Shown here piece by piece: positions 13,060 to 24,066 of a stretch of 64,000 nucleotides of DNA. The notes beneath the pieces are model-generated. The model was not told the DNA's origin. It saw only the letters and a program-made list of their open reading frames with translations, and did not search any database. Position numbers and translations under genes: made by a program. This DNA comes from Squalus acanthias (Eukaryota), in assembly GCA_030390025.1 (NCBI GenBank), contig CM059425.1, positions 166,472,001 through 166,536,000 on the forward strand, given 5' to 3'. The first letter of the stretch is position 1; every line of letters starts with the position of its first letter.

Positions 13060-14865
13060 CAAAGGCAGAGGATTGCACCACACTTCTCTGATTCATCGCT
13101 GCATACTCTGGTGGAGGCTGTCAGAGCAGGCAGGGGAGAGCCTGGCTGGATATAGCTGAGGAGATCAGCAGCAGGGATGTTGTCAGAACGACCTGGATAC
13201 AGTGCAGGAAACGCTTCAATGATCTCCTGAGGTCAGGAAAGGTGAGTGCAATGCCACACTCGCCTTCATCCTGATGTGCCTGTCAACACATCCCCATCAC
13301 TCTGCCTTCCCAAGCCTACTCCTGCACATCATTCCTCACACCAACATACCTTCCAAGTCCACCCATCCCTCTCTCTATGTACATACTCACATCCCCATCT
13401 GACTAACCATCCCTGACACCCACCCTCATCCTAAAGCAATCATAGCAAGTAACATCACTGAAGGAGGCCATTTGGCATTGTCACCCCATTCCCTCATAGG
13501 TCACCCTCTACAGACGTAACCCATCCATTTGTTACACTCATTCCATCACTCTCACTCAGACTTCTCCTCTTTCCTTCCTTGCAGGAGAAGAGAACCCACA
13601 ACAAGAGAGAGAGGGAGAGAACCGGAGGTGGCCCTCCAGTAATCGCACATCTTACAGCAGCAGAGGAGGCGGCTCTGGAAATTTCGGGAGGTTGAGAGAT
13701 GCTGGCAGTGGGAGATAGAGAGGGGGACGTTCCAGCAACCTGGTGACAGAATCACATCTCATAAAGCCACATAGCATACAACAGTCATTCATATGGTGAC
13801 TGATGTCAGCAGCCAGTGAAATGTCATCATGTGCATAATGGTAACGTTGCCCATTCTTATTATTATAATACTTCTAATTCATCTTTTTACTCTTACAGGT
13901 CCATCAAGTGCCCCCCGCCCCCCCTACTGTCCAGCCAGAGGAGGAAGACAACTCCTCCGAGGAATCTCCAGCCCCTGAGGGTGCACCGTCAGCAGACCCA
14001 CGCGCACCCAGCACCAGCGCAGATACTCACCTCGGTGGGTCCTTTGCGCTATAGAGTTGTCACCTGGTGTATCTCAATTCACAAGTGAGCAAGAGCAGCT
14101 GGCATTGACAGGGACAGCAGTGGAGACTCCTCGCCAGAGGGCGCAGGACGCTCCAAGCTCTGCTAAGCTGCATGCAGACGCTGAGCCTCGGGGTCATCAA
14201 GAAAGAGGGTGATCTTGGAGGGGCAGCAAAAACTGCATGAGGCTCTGGCATCTTTTGCAGCTGCGATGTCTGCAAATGTGCAGAGAATGGAGGGGTCCAT
14301 CTCCAACATGAGCACTACCATGTCGCAGGCGATGGCGATGATGCGCTGTTCCATGGAAAGGATGGCCACCTGCATGGAGCAGCAAATGTGCCAGTCACAT
14401 GAGCACATGCTAGCTGTGGACAACAGATGGCAGGTGCTCATAGACCTCCTCTCAAGGAGGGATGTAAACGTTGACTTGGGCCTTTATCGCCCCACTGCTG
14501 TGCAGCAAGGTGCTCGCCAGCTCCTTGCTAGCAGGGAAGTGCGGGTGGGCCATGAGAGGGATGATGGTGACAGGGGACATGGAAGTGGGGGCTCTTCTCA
14601 AAGCACTACCACTTCTCCCCTGTTGCCTCCCCGTCAGAGACCCACATGCTTCCTCGGATCACGATAGCCAAGTCTGCCCCTGCACAGTCACAAGAGGAGC
14701 AGACTTTGGCGGGGCCATCACAGGCTCCAAAACCCAGAGGACATCCGCCAGAAGTGTCTAAGCAGTCGCAGCAGGGAAGTGAGCAGCCTGCAACTACCTC
14801 TGCTGAAGCCATGGGTTGCACCTCGTAGACGCACTCAGAAAAGAAAATTGACACCAAAAGTAGAT
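13060..14865 (+). pseudogene. Harbinger Myb/SANT-like accessory protein, three exons, disrupted
   Basis: Exon 1 RIAPHFSDSSLHTLVEAVR..AWLDIAEEISSRDVVRTTWIQCRKRFNDLLRSGK then GTGAGT at 13241; exon 2 from 13585 EKRTHNKRERERTGGGPP; exon 3 from 13899 with heptad-like LEGQQKLHEAL..MERMATCMEQQM and KPRGHPPE; stops and frameshifts. Confidence 0.8.
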
Positions 14866-15156
14866 GCACAAGGGTATGTGCATGGGTGTATGAAAAAATG
14901 TCAGTGCTAAGTTCAGTTGTTTTGATGACACAGATAAATGTATTTCTTTGCACTACTTTCCGGTCTTGTCCATTTTTGCCTCAAACCTTGGAAGTGGCTT
15001 TGTCATTTGGAGTGAATGGTGAGACATTATTTAACCTCAAACATTGGGGCTTTGGGTGGCAGGAATGGCTTGGCCATTGTAGGGATGCTTTATGGTGTTG
15101 TTGGGGGTGTGGGGGCGGGGGGGAGTTAGTACAGCATGTGGCTGCATTGGAGCAAG

Positions 15157-16069
15157 TTAAGTAAATCTGACCATGTGCACCGCTTCTCGTGCCATCTGCA
15201 CCACAGGTTCCTTATCTTTCACCTGCTCCTCCTCCTCCTCCTCTGAAGAGGCTGTGCGCCATGTTCCTCCTGCAGCTCCAATCCTCGCTGCTGCGCTATG
15301 TTGTGCAGCGCGCAGCAGACAGCGATTTTTTTTGATTTTTTATTATTCATTCTGGGATGTGGGCGTCGCTGGCACATGATAGCTATTAGGGAATCTGGTG
15401 CACACATGCATAGTCATTTTTTATGGTTGCAGACGAGCTGCACATTGAGGGAGTAGAAGCTTTGCGGTTCACAAACACACTCCTGGGTGATGAGGGAGTG
15501 CCTTCATGGCCACGTGTACAGTCGATGACATCCTGCACCTGTGGGAAACCAGCCAGAGCTGCAAAGCCAAGCAGTAACACTGGCTTCATCAGTGGCAAAG
15601 TTGATATAATTGGCTGACTTGTGAAACATGGCATCGGTCACCTGGGTGATGCATCTGTGGGCGGCTGACTGTGAGATTGCGCAAATATCTGCTGCATATC
15701 CCTGGAAGGAGCCTGAGGCAAAGAAGTTGAGGGTGATGGTGACTTTGACGGCCACTGGCAAAGAGTGTCCACCAGGGCCTGTGGGCAGCAGGTCTTGTTC
15801 CAGCAAGCTGCAAATGTCTGCGATGACCTGGCACGATAGCTTGAGCCTCCTGAAGCACTGCTGCTCAGTCATGTTGACAAAGCTCATCCTCTGCCTGTAT
15901 ACCCTGTGCTGGGGGTATCTCCTCCGGCGGGCTGCAGCCCTGTGGTGCCCCCCACCCCCCCTTCTCCTGTGGAGCATCAGGTCATTGAGGAGAAGGCTGC
16001 TGTTGTGGTGGCTGGTGTTGGTGGTGGTGATTCTGAGAACCAAGGCGAGACAGTATAAGCGGCACCCAT
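15157..16069 (-). pseudogene. Harbinger (HARBI1-like) DDE transposase, frameshifted and internally deleted
   Basis: MGAA start; [65 protein letters not shown]-terminal CCALHNIA; middle of the catalytic domain absent. Confidence 0.9.
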
Positions 16070-17267
16070 GTTGATGTCATAGATGGCAGGTCAAGTAGTA
16101 ATCAGAGGGCCAATCCCTCAATGTTCTAATACTGACTAGCAATGCGCTGAGAGTGGCTTCTGAGGTTGCAGAAATGACCTGCAAACTCCAGAAACCGAAA
16201 TCTGTGCACAAAATGGAGTCAGCAAGAGCCTTTTACTTCGGCAACTAATGAGGTGTACGGTGTGAGTATTTGTGTTATTCCCAGCTGTCAATTATTGCCC
16301 TCGCACAATGGCCACTGAACTTCCACCTCCCCATCACAGGTGAGGTTGCCGAGCTGCGTGCTTCCCGTGTTCATGCCGTTAAATTCAGAAGCTGCAGTTA
16401 AAAACCCTCTTGCGGGTCTGATAACAAGCAGTTAATGAGTTGAATTAGGTTGCCTGCCTCTGCCGATCGGATCTGTGGCACGCTGGGAAAGCGCCCGAGT
16501 TAAAGGTGGGATGACGGCGGGTTCCCGACGCGCTGCCTATTTCCACAATTTTTACAGCTGACCTGCCTCCAAACCCGCCGCACGGCAACGGGAAAGTTCC
16601 GGCCCAAGCACTGATCCTTGCAGTATTCCACTAGTTACAGCCTGCCAGCCCGAAAATGACCCGTTTAATTCTACTGTTTTCTGTCCATTAACTAATCCTC
16701 AATCCATGCCAGTGTATTACCCCCAATCCCATGAGCCCTAATTTTGTGTAATAACCTCTTGTGTGGCACCTTTATCGAAAGCTTTTTCAAAATCCAAATA
16801 CACCACATCCACTGGTTTCCCCCTTATCTACCCTACTAGTTACAACCTCAAAAATCTCTAATAGATTTGTCAAACAGAATTTCTCTTTCATAAATCCGTG
16901 TTGACTCTACCCAAACATATTATGATTTTCTAAGTTCCCTGTTACCACGTGCCTAATAATAGATTCTAGCATTTTCCCTACTTCTGATGTTCGGCTATCT
17001 GGCCTGTAATTCTCGGTTTTCTCTCTCCCTCCTTTCTTGAATAGCGCAGTTACATTTGCTGCCGTCCAATCCACGGGGACCATTCTAGAATGTAAGGATT
17101 TCTGGAAGATCAAAACCAATGCATCCACTATCTCTGCAGTCACCTCTTTTAAAACCCTAGGATGTAGGCCATCAGGTCCAGGGGATTTGTCAGCTTTTAA
17201 CTTTACAATGTCATTGTATTTAAATTTACTTGTGTTCATTGCTTTTTGACAACTTGATAAAAATATT

Positions 17268-18010
17268 GGGCCAAAAATTCATCCCGCTGCGCGAGAGTAC
17301 GCACTGCGTACTCTCGCGTATTCTCTCTCCAATTGCCGGTTTTCTGCATGCCCTGCGCATGCGCTGAAAACCGGCACTTGGTCTTTTGAAAAGGGGGCGG
17401 TTCCTCGGTGCATCGCGTGCGCGCTACAGGCTGCGCGCACGCTGTGCACTTCGTGCTTTGGACGCGCAGGTAAGGACGGAAGATTTTAGAAATGGAAAAA
17501 GGAGGAGTAAGACCCACTTTTAACAAGGTAAGTAGTGAATTAAGTGTTTTTTTGAATTTTTTTTAACAGGTATATCTTTTTTAGAGACTTTAAAGACAGG
17601 TAAGTTTATTTTTATAACTTTTTAAAAGATTTTAAATTTTTTCAAAAATTTATTTTTTTATTTAAAATGGTTAATTTATTTAACTATACTTATTTTATTA
17701 ATGTGATGGTTTTAAAAAAAATTTAATTGAGGTTTAGCTGTTATTTTGGGGGGGTGTAAGATTCATAGATTTCACAGCACGTATGTGAAACTTATGAATG
17801 GAAGATGGTGTGCTGCCATTGGCTCTAACTGAGTCACGTGATCCCACAGCTCGCACGAATTCACTCCGCCGGTGGGATACGCAAGCACTGCCCAGCTGAT
17901 GTCTGGAACATCAAGTTCGTGCGAGCTGGATCTGAAAAAGCACACGCGGAGTGAGAGATCGCGGGGAAGCCTTACCCCCGCGGGAACAGAGCGAGATCAA
18001 TTTCTGGGCC
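17268..18010. mobile_element. Harbinger-type MITE, family M1 (divergent copy)
   Basis: TIRs GGGCCAAAAATT / AATTTCTGGGCC; flanks ATT/AAT; GC-rich ends and AT-rich core; homologous to 25472-26713 and 56860-57602. Confidence 0.75.
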
Positions 18011-18324
18011 AATAAGAACTCAGACCATCTATCTGCTCTGTTACTTGCAGTGGCAGATTGAGAATGTACATTTACTGCAATAGTGCCTCAGATTTCCTAA
18101 CTGCAACAACATAAAATTAAATAACTTTTCAGCTTATGGTAGTAAAACTTGCTGCTACTTCTGAGAAGACTACTGGAATTATCTTAGTTTTCAGCCAGAG
18201 ATCAACAATAAGTAAGCATGGCAGTAAAGTCTAGTAAGCTGCCAGCATGATATCTCAGGCAGTTATAATGCCACTTTCACATCATTGTGAAGTGGTTTTG
18301 TGTGAAAGTGGCAATATAGTTTGG

Positions 18325-18555
18325 GGAAAAAACACAAAATGCTGCCAATACTCAACAGGTCAGGTAGTGTCCGTGGAGGGAACAGAGAAATTGATGTTTT
18401 GGGTGTGGACCCTTTGCCAAAACAGTTTTGACAAAAGGTCTACACCTTTTGTTAGCTCCTCTATTCTCTCCACAGTCGCTACCTGACCTGCTTAGTGTTT
18501 CCAGCATTTTTCTGTTTTTTGTTTAAGATCTCCAGCATCTGCAGTTTTTATTTTG
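18325..18555. mobile_element. Degenerate inverted pair of PLE family B terminal fragments
   Basis: AATACTCAACAGGTCAGG..CCTTTGCCAAAAC mirrored by GTTTTGACAAAAGG..CCTGACCTGCTTAGTGTT; same sequence as 21066-21238 and 23799-23892. Confidence 0.6.
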
Positions 18556-18997
18556 GATTTTGACTCGACAGCAAACTAAAGTGACCGATGTGAAACCATC
18601 TCTAGTTGGTAACCTCACACCACTTGAACTGAGCACTAGATGCAGATTAAGGCCAGTCCACTGGACCTCCTTAAACTCTAGGGGTGAAATTGGACTTCGC
18701 CAGGACCACAACAAATTGGCAGACTGTTTGCACAACACTCGATTTTCTTTTTCATGGAAAGGAAAATAAGGCACCGTTTAAAACTAGTTACCGATTCGTT
18801 ATGAGCACATCCTGCCCTCTGTTCCACCATTAGAAGATGCTCTTTCAGCCCCTACCCTTTGGAACTCCCTTTCAGCCCTTTTCCATAGTTGCCTTCCCAC
18901 TTCCTTTTAAAAGCCCTTACCTCCCTCCAACTTCATTTTTACTTTTCTCCCTCCTGCTTGGTGGCTACTCATTGTCCAATGCCCTATAAAGTGCTCA

Positions 18998-19125
18998 TGA
19001 TGTGGAGATGCCGGCGTTGGACTGGGGTGGACAAAAATGAGAAGTCGCACAACACCAGGTTATAGTCCAACAGATTTATTTAAAATTACAAGCTTTCGGA
19101 GCTGTCGCCCCTTCCTCAGGTAGAG
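18998..19125 (-). mobile_element. PLE family A 3' terminal fragment with hammerhead-like core
   Basis: Reverse complement reads CTGAGGAAGGGGCGACAGCTCCGAAAGCTTGTAA..CTATAACCTGGTGTTGTGCGACTTCTC..CATCTCCACATCA; same tail follows the GIY-YIG ORF at 55040-55650. Confidence 0.8.
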
Positions 19126-19161
19126 TTACTGTGAGCTCTGAGACATCTCTCTGTATATGAG

Positions 19162-20330
19162 AAACATGGACAAAAAAGCTGAATTCCAGATGTGAGGTGA
19201 GAGTGACTGCCCTAGACATCAAGGCAGCATTTAACCGAGTGCGGCATCAAGGAGCCTTAGTACGACTGAAGTCAATGGGAATCGGGGTGAAAGCTCTCTG
19301 CTGGCTGGAATCATACCTAGCACAAAGGAAGATGGTTGTGGTGGTTGCAGGTCAATCATCACAGCCCCAGGACATCGCTGCAGCAGTTCCTCAGGGCAGT
19401 GTCCCAGGCCCAACCATCTTCAGCTACTTCATCAATGATCTTTCCATCCATCATAAGGTCAGAAATGGGGATGTTCGCTGATGACTGCACAGTGTTCAGT
19501 GCCATTCGCAACTCCACAGATAATGAAGCAGTCCATGCCCGCATGCAACAAGACTTGGACAACATTCAGACTTGGGCTGATAAGTGGCAGGTAACATTCA
19601 TGCCACATGACTATCTCCAACAAGCGAGACTCTAACCAACGTCCCTTGACATTCAACGGCAATATCCTGGGGTTCACCATTGACCAGAAACTTAACTGGA
19701 TCAGCCACATAAATACCATGGCAACAAGAGCAGGTCAGAGGCTGGGTATTCTGTGGCGAGTGTCTCACCTCCTGACTCCCCAAAGCCTTTCCACCATCTA
19801 CAAGGCACAAGTAAGGAGTGTGATGGAATACTCTCCACTTGCCTGGATGAGGGCAGCTCCAACAACACTCAAGAGGCTCGACACCATCCAGGACAAAGTA
19901 GCCTGCTTGATTGGCACCCCATCCACCACCTTAAACATTCACTCCCTCCACCACCGGCGTACCGTGGCTGCAGTGTGTACCATCTACAAGATGCACTGCA
20001 GCAACTCACCAAGGCTTCTTCGGCAGCACCTCCCAAACCCGCGACCTCGACCACCTAGAAGGACAAGGGCAGCAGGTGCATGGGAACACCACCACCTCCA
20101 AGTCACACACCATCCTGACTTAGAAGTATATCGGCGATCCTTCATCGTCGCTGGGTCAAAACCCTGGAACTCCCTACCGAACAGCACTGTGGGAGTACCT
20201 TCGCCACACGGACTGCAGCGGTTCAAGAAGGCGGCTCACCACCACCTTCTCGAGGGCAGTTAGGGATGGGCAATAAATGCTGGCCTTGCCAGCGACGCCC
20301 ACATCCATAAACAAATATAAAAAATAAACA
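19162..20330 (+). mobile_element. 5'-truncated Zenon-like LINE (RT C-terminal half and 3' tail)
   Basis: LDIKAAF, VPQGS, FADDCT, IYKAQVRSVMEYSPLAW; 3' end CAATAAATGCTGGCCTTGCCAGCGACGCCCACATCC plus A-rich tail, as at 8130-8200. Confidence 0.9.
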
Positions 20331-21065
20331 CTATGGAAATGTAAGTTGATACACGTTACACCAAAAGCTGTAAAGTCTGTTCGCTCCGTCCACAATCAGA
20401 TAGGGTTTCACATTATGATAACAAATGCTCAGACTGCAGCTAGTTTGATAACACTGGGTAGAAGAAAGTACCAACATTCTTATTACAACAGGATCTTGTG
20501 TGTAAATCAGGAGTTTCTCCATTTTTGAACAGCTATTATCATAGTTGCCAAAAATCCACTTTTTGAGTGACTGATGCATATTTTGGGCCACCGTTCGTAC
20601 TGCTTGTGCAGTGCCCCCAGTGCTCGTTGATTCTTGGACATTTTAACTCACCCTACAGTCCCTTGTTCCATATCTATTCTGTGCATATGTGATGTTTCAG
20701 AGCATATGCAGAAGAGATAGGGCACAAGGCAAAGTGGGATGAGTTCGTCAGTCACCAAAACATGCTTAGTTTAACAAGTCCCATATTCTGCCCTTCATTG
20801 TCCCTTCTGATGCAGTTAGCCCTGTTGTGTACCCTTAGACTCCCCATCCAGTTTTAGTGCTGCCCACGCTCACTGCGCTTGGCAATCTTTTCACCCAGTC
20901 CTTACTCCTCTATGCTTGGTTAGAAGTAATTGGAATGATGCACTGGGCTCTTTGCAGTTAGTATTTTGTCATTATCTCATTGCTGTTTGTAGGACCTTGT
21001 GTGCAAATTGTCTCCTACTTCACATTACAACATTACAACAGTGACTACATTTCAAAAGTACTTAA

Positions 21066-21238
21066 GCAAAATACTGCAGATGCTGGAAATCTGAAATAAA
21101 AACAATAAAAACAGAAAATGTTGGAAATACTCAGCAGGTCAGGCAGCATCTGTGGAGAAAGAAGGTCATCGACTTGAAACGTTAACTCTGTTTCTCTCCC
21201 CACAGATGCTGCCTGACCTGCTGAGTATTTCCAGTATT
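21066..21238. mobile_element. Inverted pair of PLE family B terminal fragments
   Basis: TGGAAATACTCAGCAGGTCAGGCAGCATCTGTGG (~21122-21155) is inverted at ~21199-21232; spacer holds GGTCATCGACTTGAAACGTTAACT, the 3' half of a hammerhead core. Confidence 0.75.
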
Positions 21239-22185
21239 CCCTTAATATTCAAAAATCTATCGATCTCTATCTTGAGTATACTCAACAACTGAGCCTCCAC
21301 AGTCCTCTGGTAGAGAATTCCAAAGATTCACCACCCTCTGAGTGAAGAAATTTCTCCTCATCTCAGTCCTAAATGGCCGACCCCCTTATTGTGAGACTGT
21401 GACCCGTGGTTCTCGACTTCCCAGCCAGGGGAAACATCCTCCCTGCATCTACCCTGTCAAACCCTGTAAGAATTTTGTATGTTTCAATAAGATCACCTCT
21501 CATTCTTCTAAACTCTAGAGAATATAGGCCTAGTCTACTCAATCTCTCCTCATAGGACAATCCCCCCATCCCAGGAACCAGTCTGGTGAACCTTCGTTGC
21601 ACTCCCTCTATGACAAGTATATCCTTCCTTAGGTAAGGAGACCAAAACTGTACACAATACTCCAGGTGTGGTCTCACCAGGGCCCTATATAATTGCAGTA
21701 AGACATCTTTACTCTTATACTCAAATCCTCTTGTAATAAAGGCCCACATACCATTTGCTTTCCTAATTGCTTGCTGCACCTGCATGTTAACTTTCACTGA
21801 TTCGTGTACAAGGACACCCAGGTCTCTCTGAACACCAACATTTCCCAATCTTTCACCATTTAAAAAATACTCTGCTTTTCTATTTTTCTACTTCACATTT
21901 CTCCACATTATATTCCATTTGCCATGTTCTTGCCCACTCACTTAGCCTGTCTATATCCCCTTGAAGCCTCCTTGCATCCTCTCACAACTTACATTCCCAC
22001 CCAGCTTTGTATCATCAGCAAACATGGATATATTACATTTGGTCCCCTCATCCAAATCATTGATGTAGATTGTGAATAGCTGAGGCCCAAGCACTGATCC
22101 TTGCGGTACCCCACTAGTTACAGCCTGCCAACCTGAAAATAACCTGTTTATTCCTACTCTCTGTTTCTGTCCGTTAACCAATCCT
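21238..22185 (-). mobile_element. CR1 LINE RT C-terminal fragment
   Basis: [61 protein letters not shown]. Confidence 0.95.
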
Positions 22186-23372
22186 CCTTAATTATCTATA
22201 AAGTGCTTTGGGACTTCCTGAGGTCGTGAACGGTGTTCTATAAATGCAAGCTTTTCTTTCTTGATAATCTATTCGTGGGATCAGTACAAAGCATATGTTG
22301 AATCAAAACTGGCACCATTTTAGAAAGTCATCTTTTAGGAATACAAGTTAGCCATCTTTTTAACCCCTTGTCCAAAAAGGTTCCTATTATATTGTAATCT
22401 AACCAAAGTAAAGAGTTAGGGATACTACAGAAATAGTTTCAAATTTCTTAAATATCCTATTATTTTGTTTCAGCAAGAGTGGTAAACTAGTGTTTAGAAG
22501 TCATGGAGCATAATCAATATTGGCAAACTATAAATAAGAGGATAAGTTGTCCAATTGTTTGAGAATATGCTCAGTAGCTGCAGATGTTGAGAATTCTGAT
22601 ATGAGTATTTCCCAGAAAATTGTTAAAACGACAAAAGACATTACTGCTGAGCAAGTCCCCAATTGATGAACACACACCATCAATTCCACATACATCAGAG
22701 CTGGAATTCAGAGGCCAGTACCAGAGCGGAATAAAGAATTTTCATTATTGCTTGCCAGTTTGATGAATGGAGCTTTTATTTTTGAAGGTTGCTCACTAAA
22801 AACTATCAGTTAAACTAATCCTAAAAGGGTATAAAATATGTCCTCTTGAGTCTGTCCCATTTAAAACTATTCTAAGAGACTTTGATAGCATCTCTTCATT
22901 TGATGTGATCTGAAGAAAGACACCAGGGAACCTATTCTAATTTGCTATTCATGGTCTTGTAGGCGTTGATACCTGTAGTTGGCTTTTTTAAGTTTCTGAA
23001 ATAATTTGTTGGCGCGGGACACCATTAGGTGGACTTACAATTGCACGTTTAGGTTTTTACATTTTTTGCCAACGAAGTTGCTGGATGTGTGAGCTGATGA
23101 CCGCACAATGAGGGCAACAGGGCATCTGGGACCTCGGTGAACGACGGGACCAGTGTATCTCCTTAACCAATGAGATTAAAGGATTGAGAAATAAACTGCG
23201 GAAGGACTGAGAAGGAGTGTGAATTAGAGTCAAATCAGGTACAGAAAGAGAAATAAAGGGCTTGATTTTGCCAGCGCTCAGAGGGAGGGTTTGGAGGCGG
23301 GTCCGCTGTCAAATTAACAAAGATTGATAGCGGGGAGGAAACCCGCTGTCAACCTGCCTCTTCGCGAGTCTC

Positions 23373-24066
23373 TGTAAGGAAATCTCTTAAACTTAATTAA
23401 AAGATTCCTCGTGATTCAGGCTCGAGCGTATTGTCCAAATGCAAGTTTATTACTCAGACACCAATAGTATAATAACTATTACGGTAATACAATAGACTCA
23501 CACAACCTGGTTTCCTGCAGACACAAGGTGATCAAACTTGGCCTCAGTAGTTGTTGGACTTCCGACCGTCCCGTCAGCTCTAACTCAAGAAGGCTGTTAC
23601 CTGTTCTTTGTATCCCCCTTTTTTGTGAGTCATATCACATGATGCCCAGAATGTATATTGAAGCGAGGTTCCTTCTCGCCAGACCTCCAGACTTGACATA
23701 ACAGCCACCTTGATGGTTTAACTGTTAATCAGTTCAACCTGACATGGGGCCTTAATATTACAAAAGCAACAGGACGACCCAGACAATCCCAGATAGTTCT
23801 GACAAAAGGTCATCGACCTGAAATGTTAACTCTGTTTCTCTCTTCACGGATGCTGCCTGACCTGCTGAGTATCTCCAGCATTTTCTGCTTTTAATCCCAG
23901 ATAGTTAATGTGATACTACTTGGGTGCTTCCATTGTTCTGGCCAATAACTGCTAGTTGCTAGTTGCTATTTCCATTGTTCTGACTAATCTCCAATATTAG
24001 CATACCCTAATTGGACAATGGCCTAGAGATATGATGGGACGCCTGACACAGAAGCAAATTCTAACA
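23373..24066 (-). mobile_element. Solo LTR with 5-bp TSD
   Basis: TGTAAGGAAAT...AAATTCTAACA termini; GTCTC duplicated at 23368-23372 and 24067-24071; TTTATT (minus-strand AATAAA) near 23446. Confidence 0.8.
23799..23892 (+). mobile_element. Short PLE family B insertion with mutated hammerhead core
   Basis: 14-bp TSD AATCCCAGATAGTT at 23785-23798 and 23893-23906; insert starts CTGACAAAAGGTCATCGACCTGAAATGTTAACT. Confidence 0.85.

Larger units (their letters stand above)
12757..16605. mobile_element. Decayed two-gene PIF/Harbinger DNA transposon (convergent Myb-like gene and transposase)
   Basis: TIRs GGCCAGAACTTT / AAAGTTCCGGCC(C); Myb-like gene on + and HARBI1-like transposase on -; interrupts a CR1. 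Confidence 0.9.
12108..17235 (-). mobile_element. CR1 LINE RT region split by the Harbinger element (CR1 parts 12108-12756 and 16606-17235)
   Basis: [44 protein letters not shown]1 sequence resumes right after the Harbinger right TIR with about 20 bp missing. Confidence 0.9.
20965..22262 (+). mobile_element. SINE 3' part split by PLE-B and CR1 insertions (SINE at 20965-21065 and ~22188-22262)
   Basis: CATTACAACAGTGACTACATTTCAAAAGTACTTAA before the insertions and TAAAGTGCTTTGGGACTTCCTGAGG..TAAATGCAAG after them reconstruct the SINE tail seen at 34440-34550. Confidence 0.65.
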
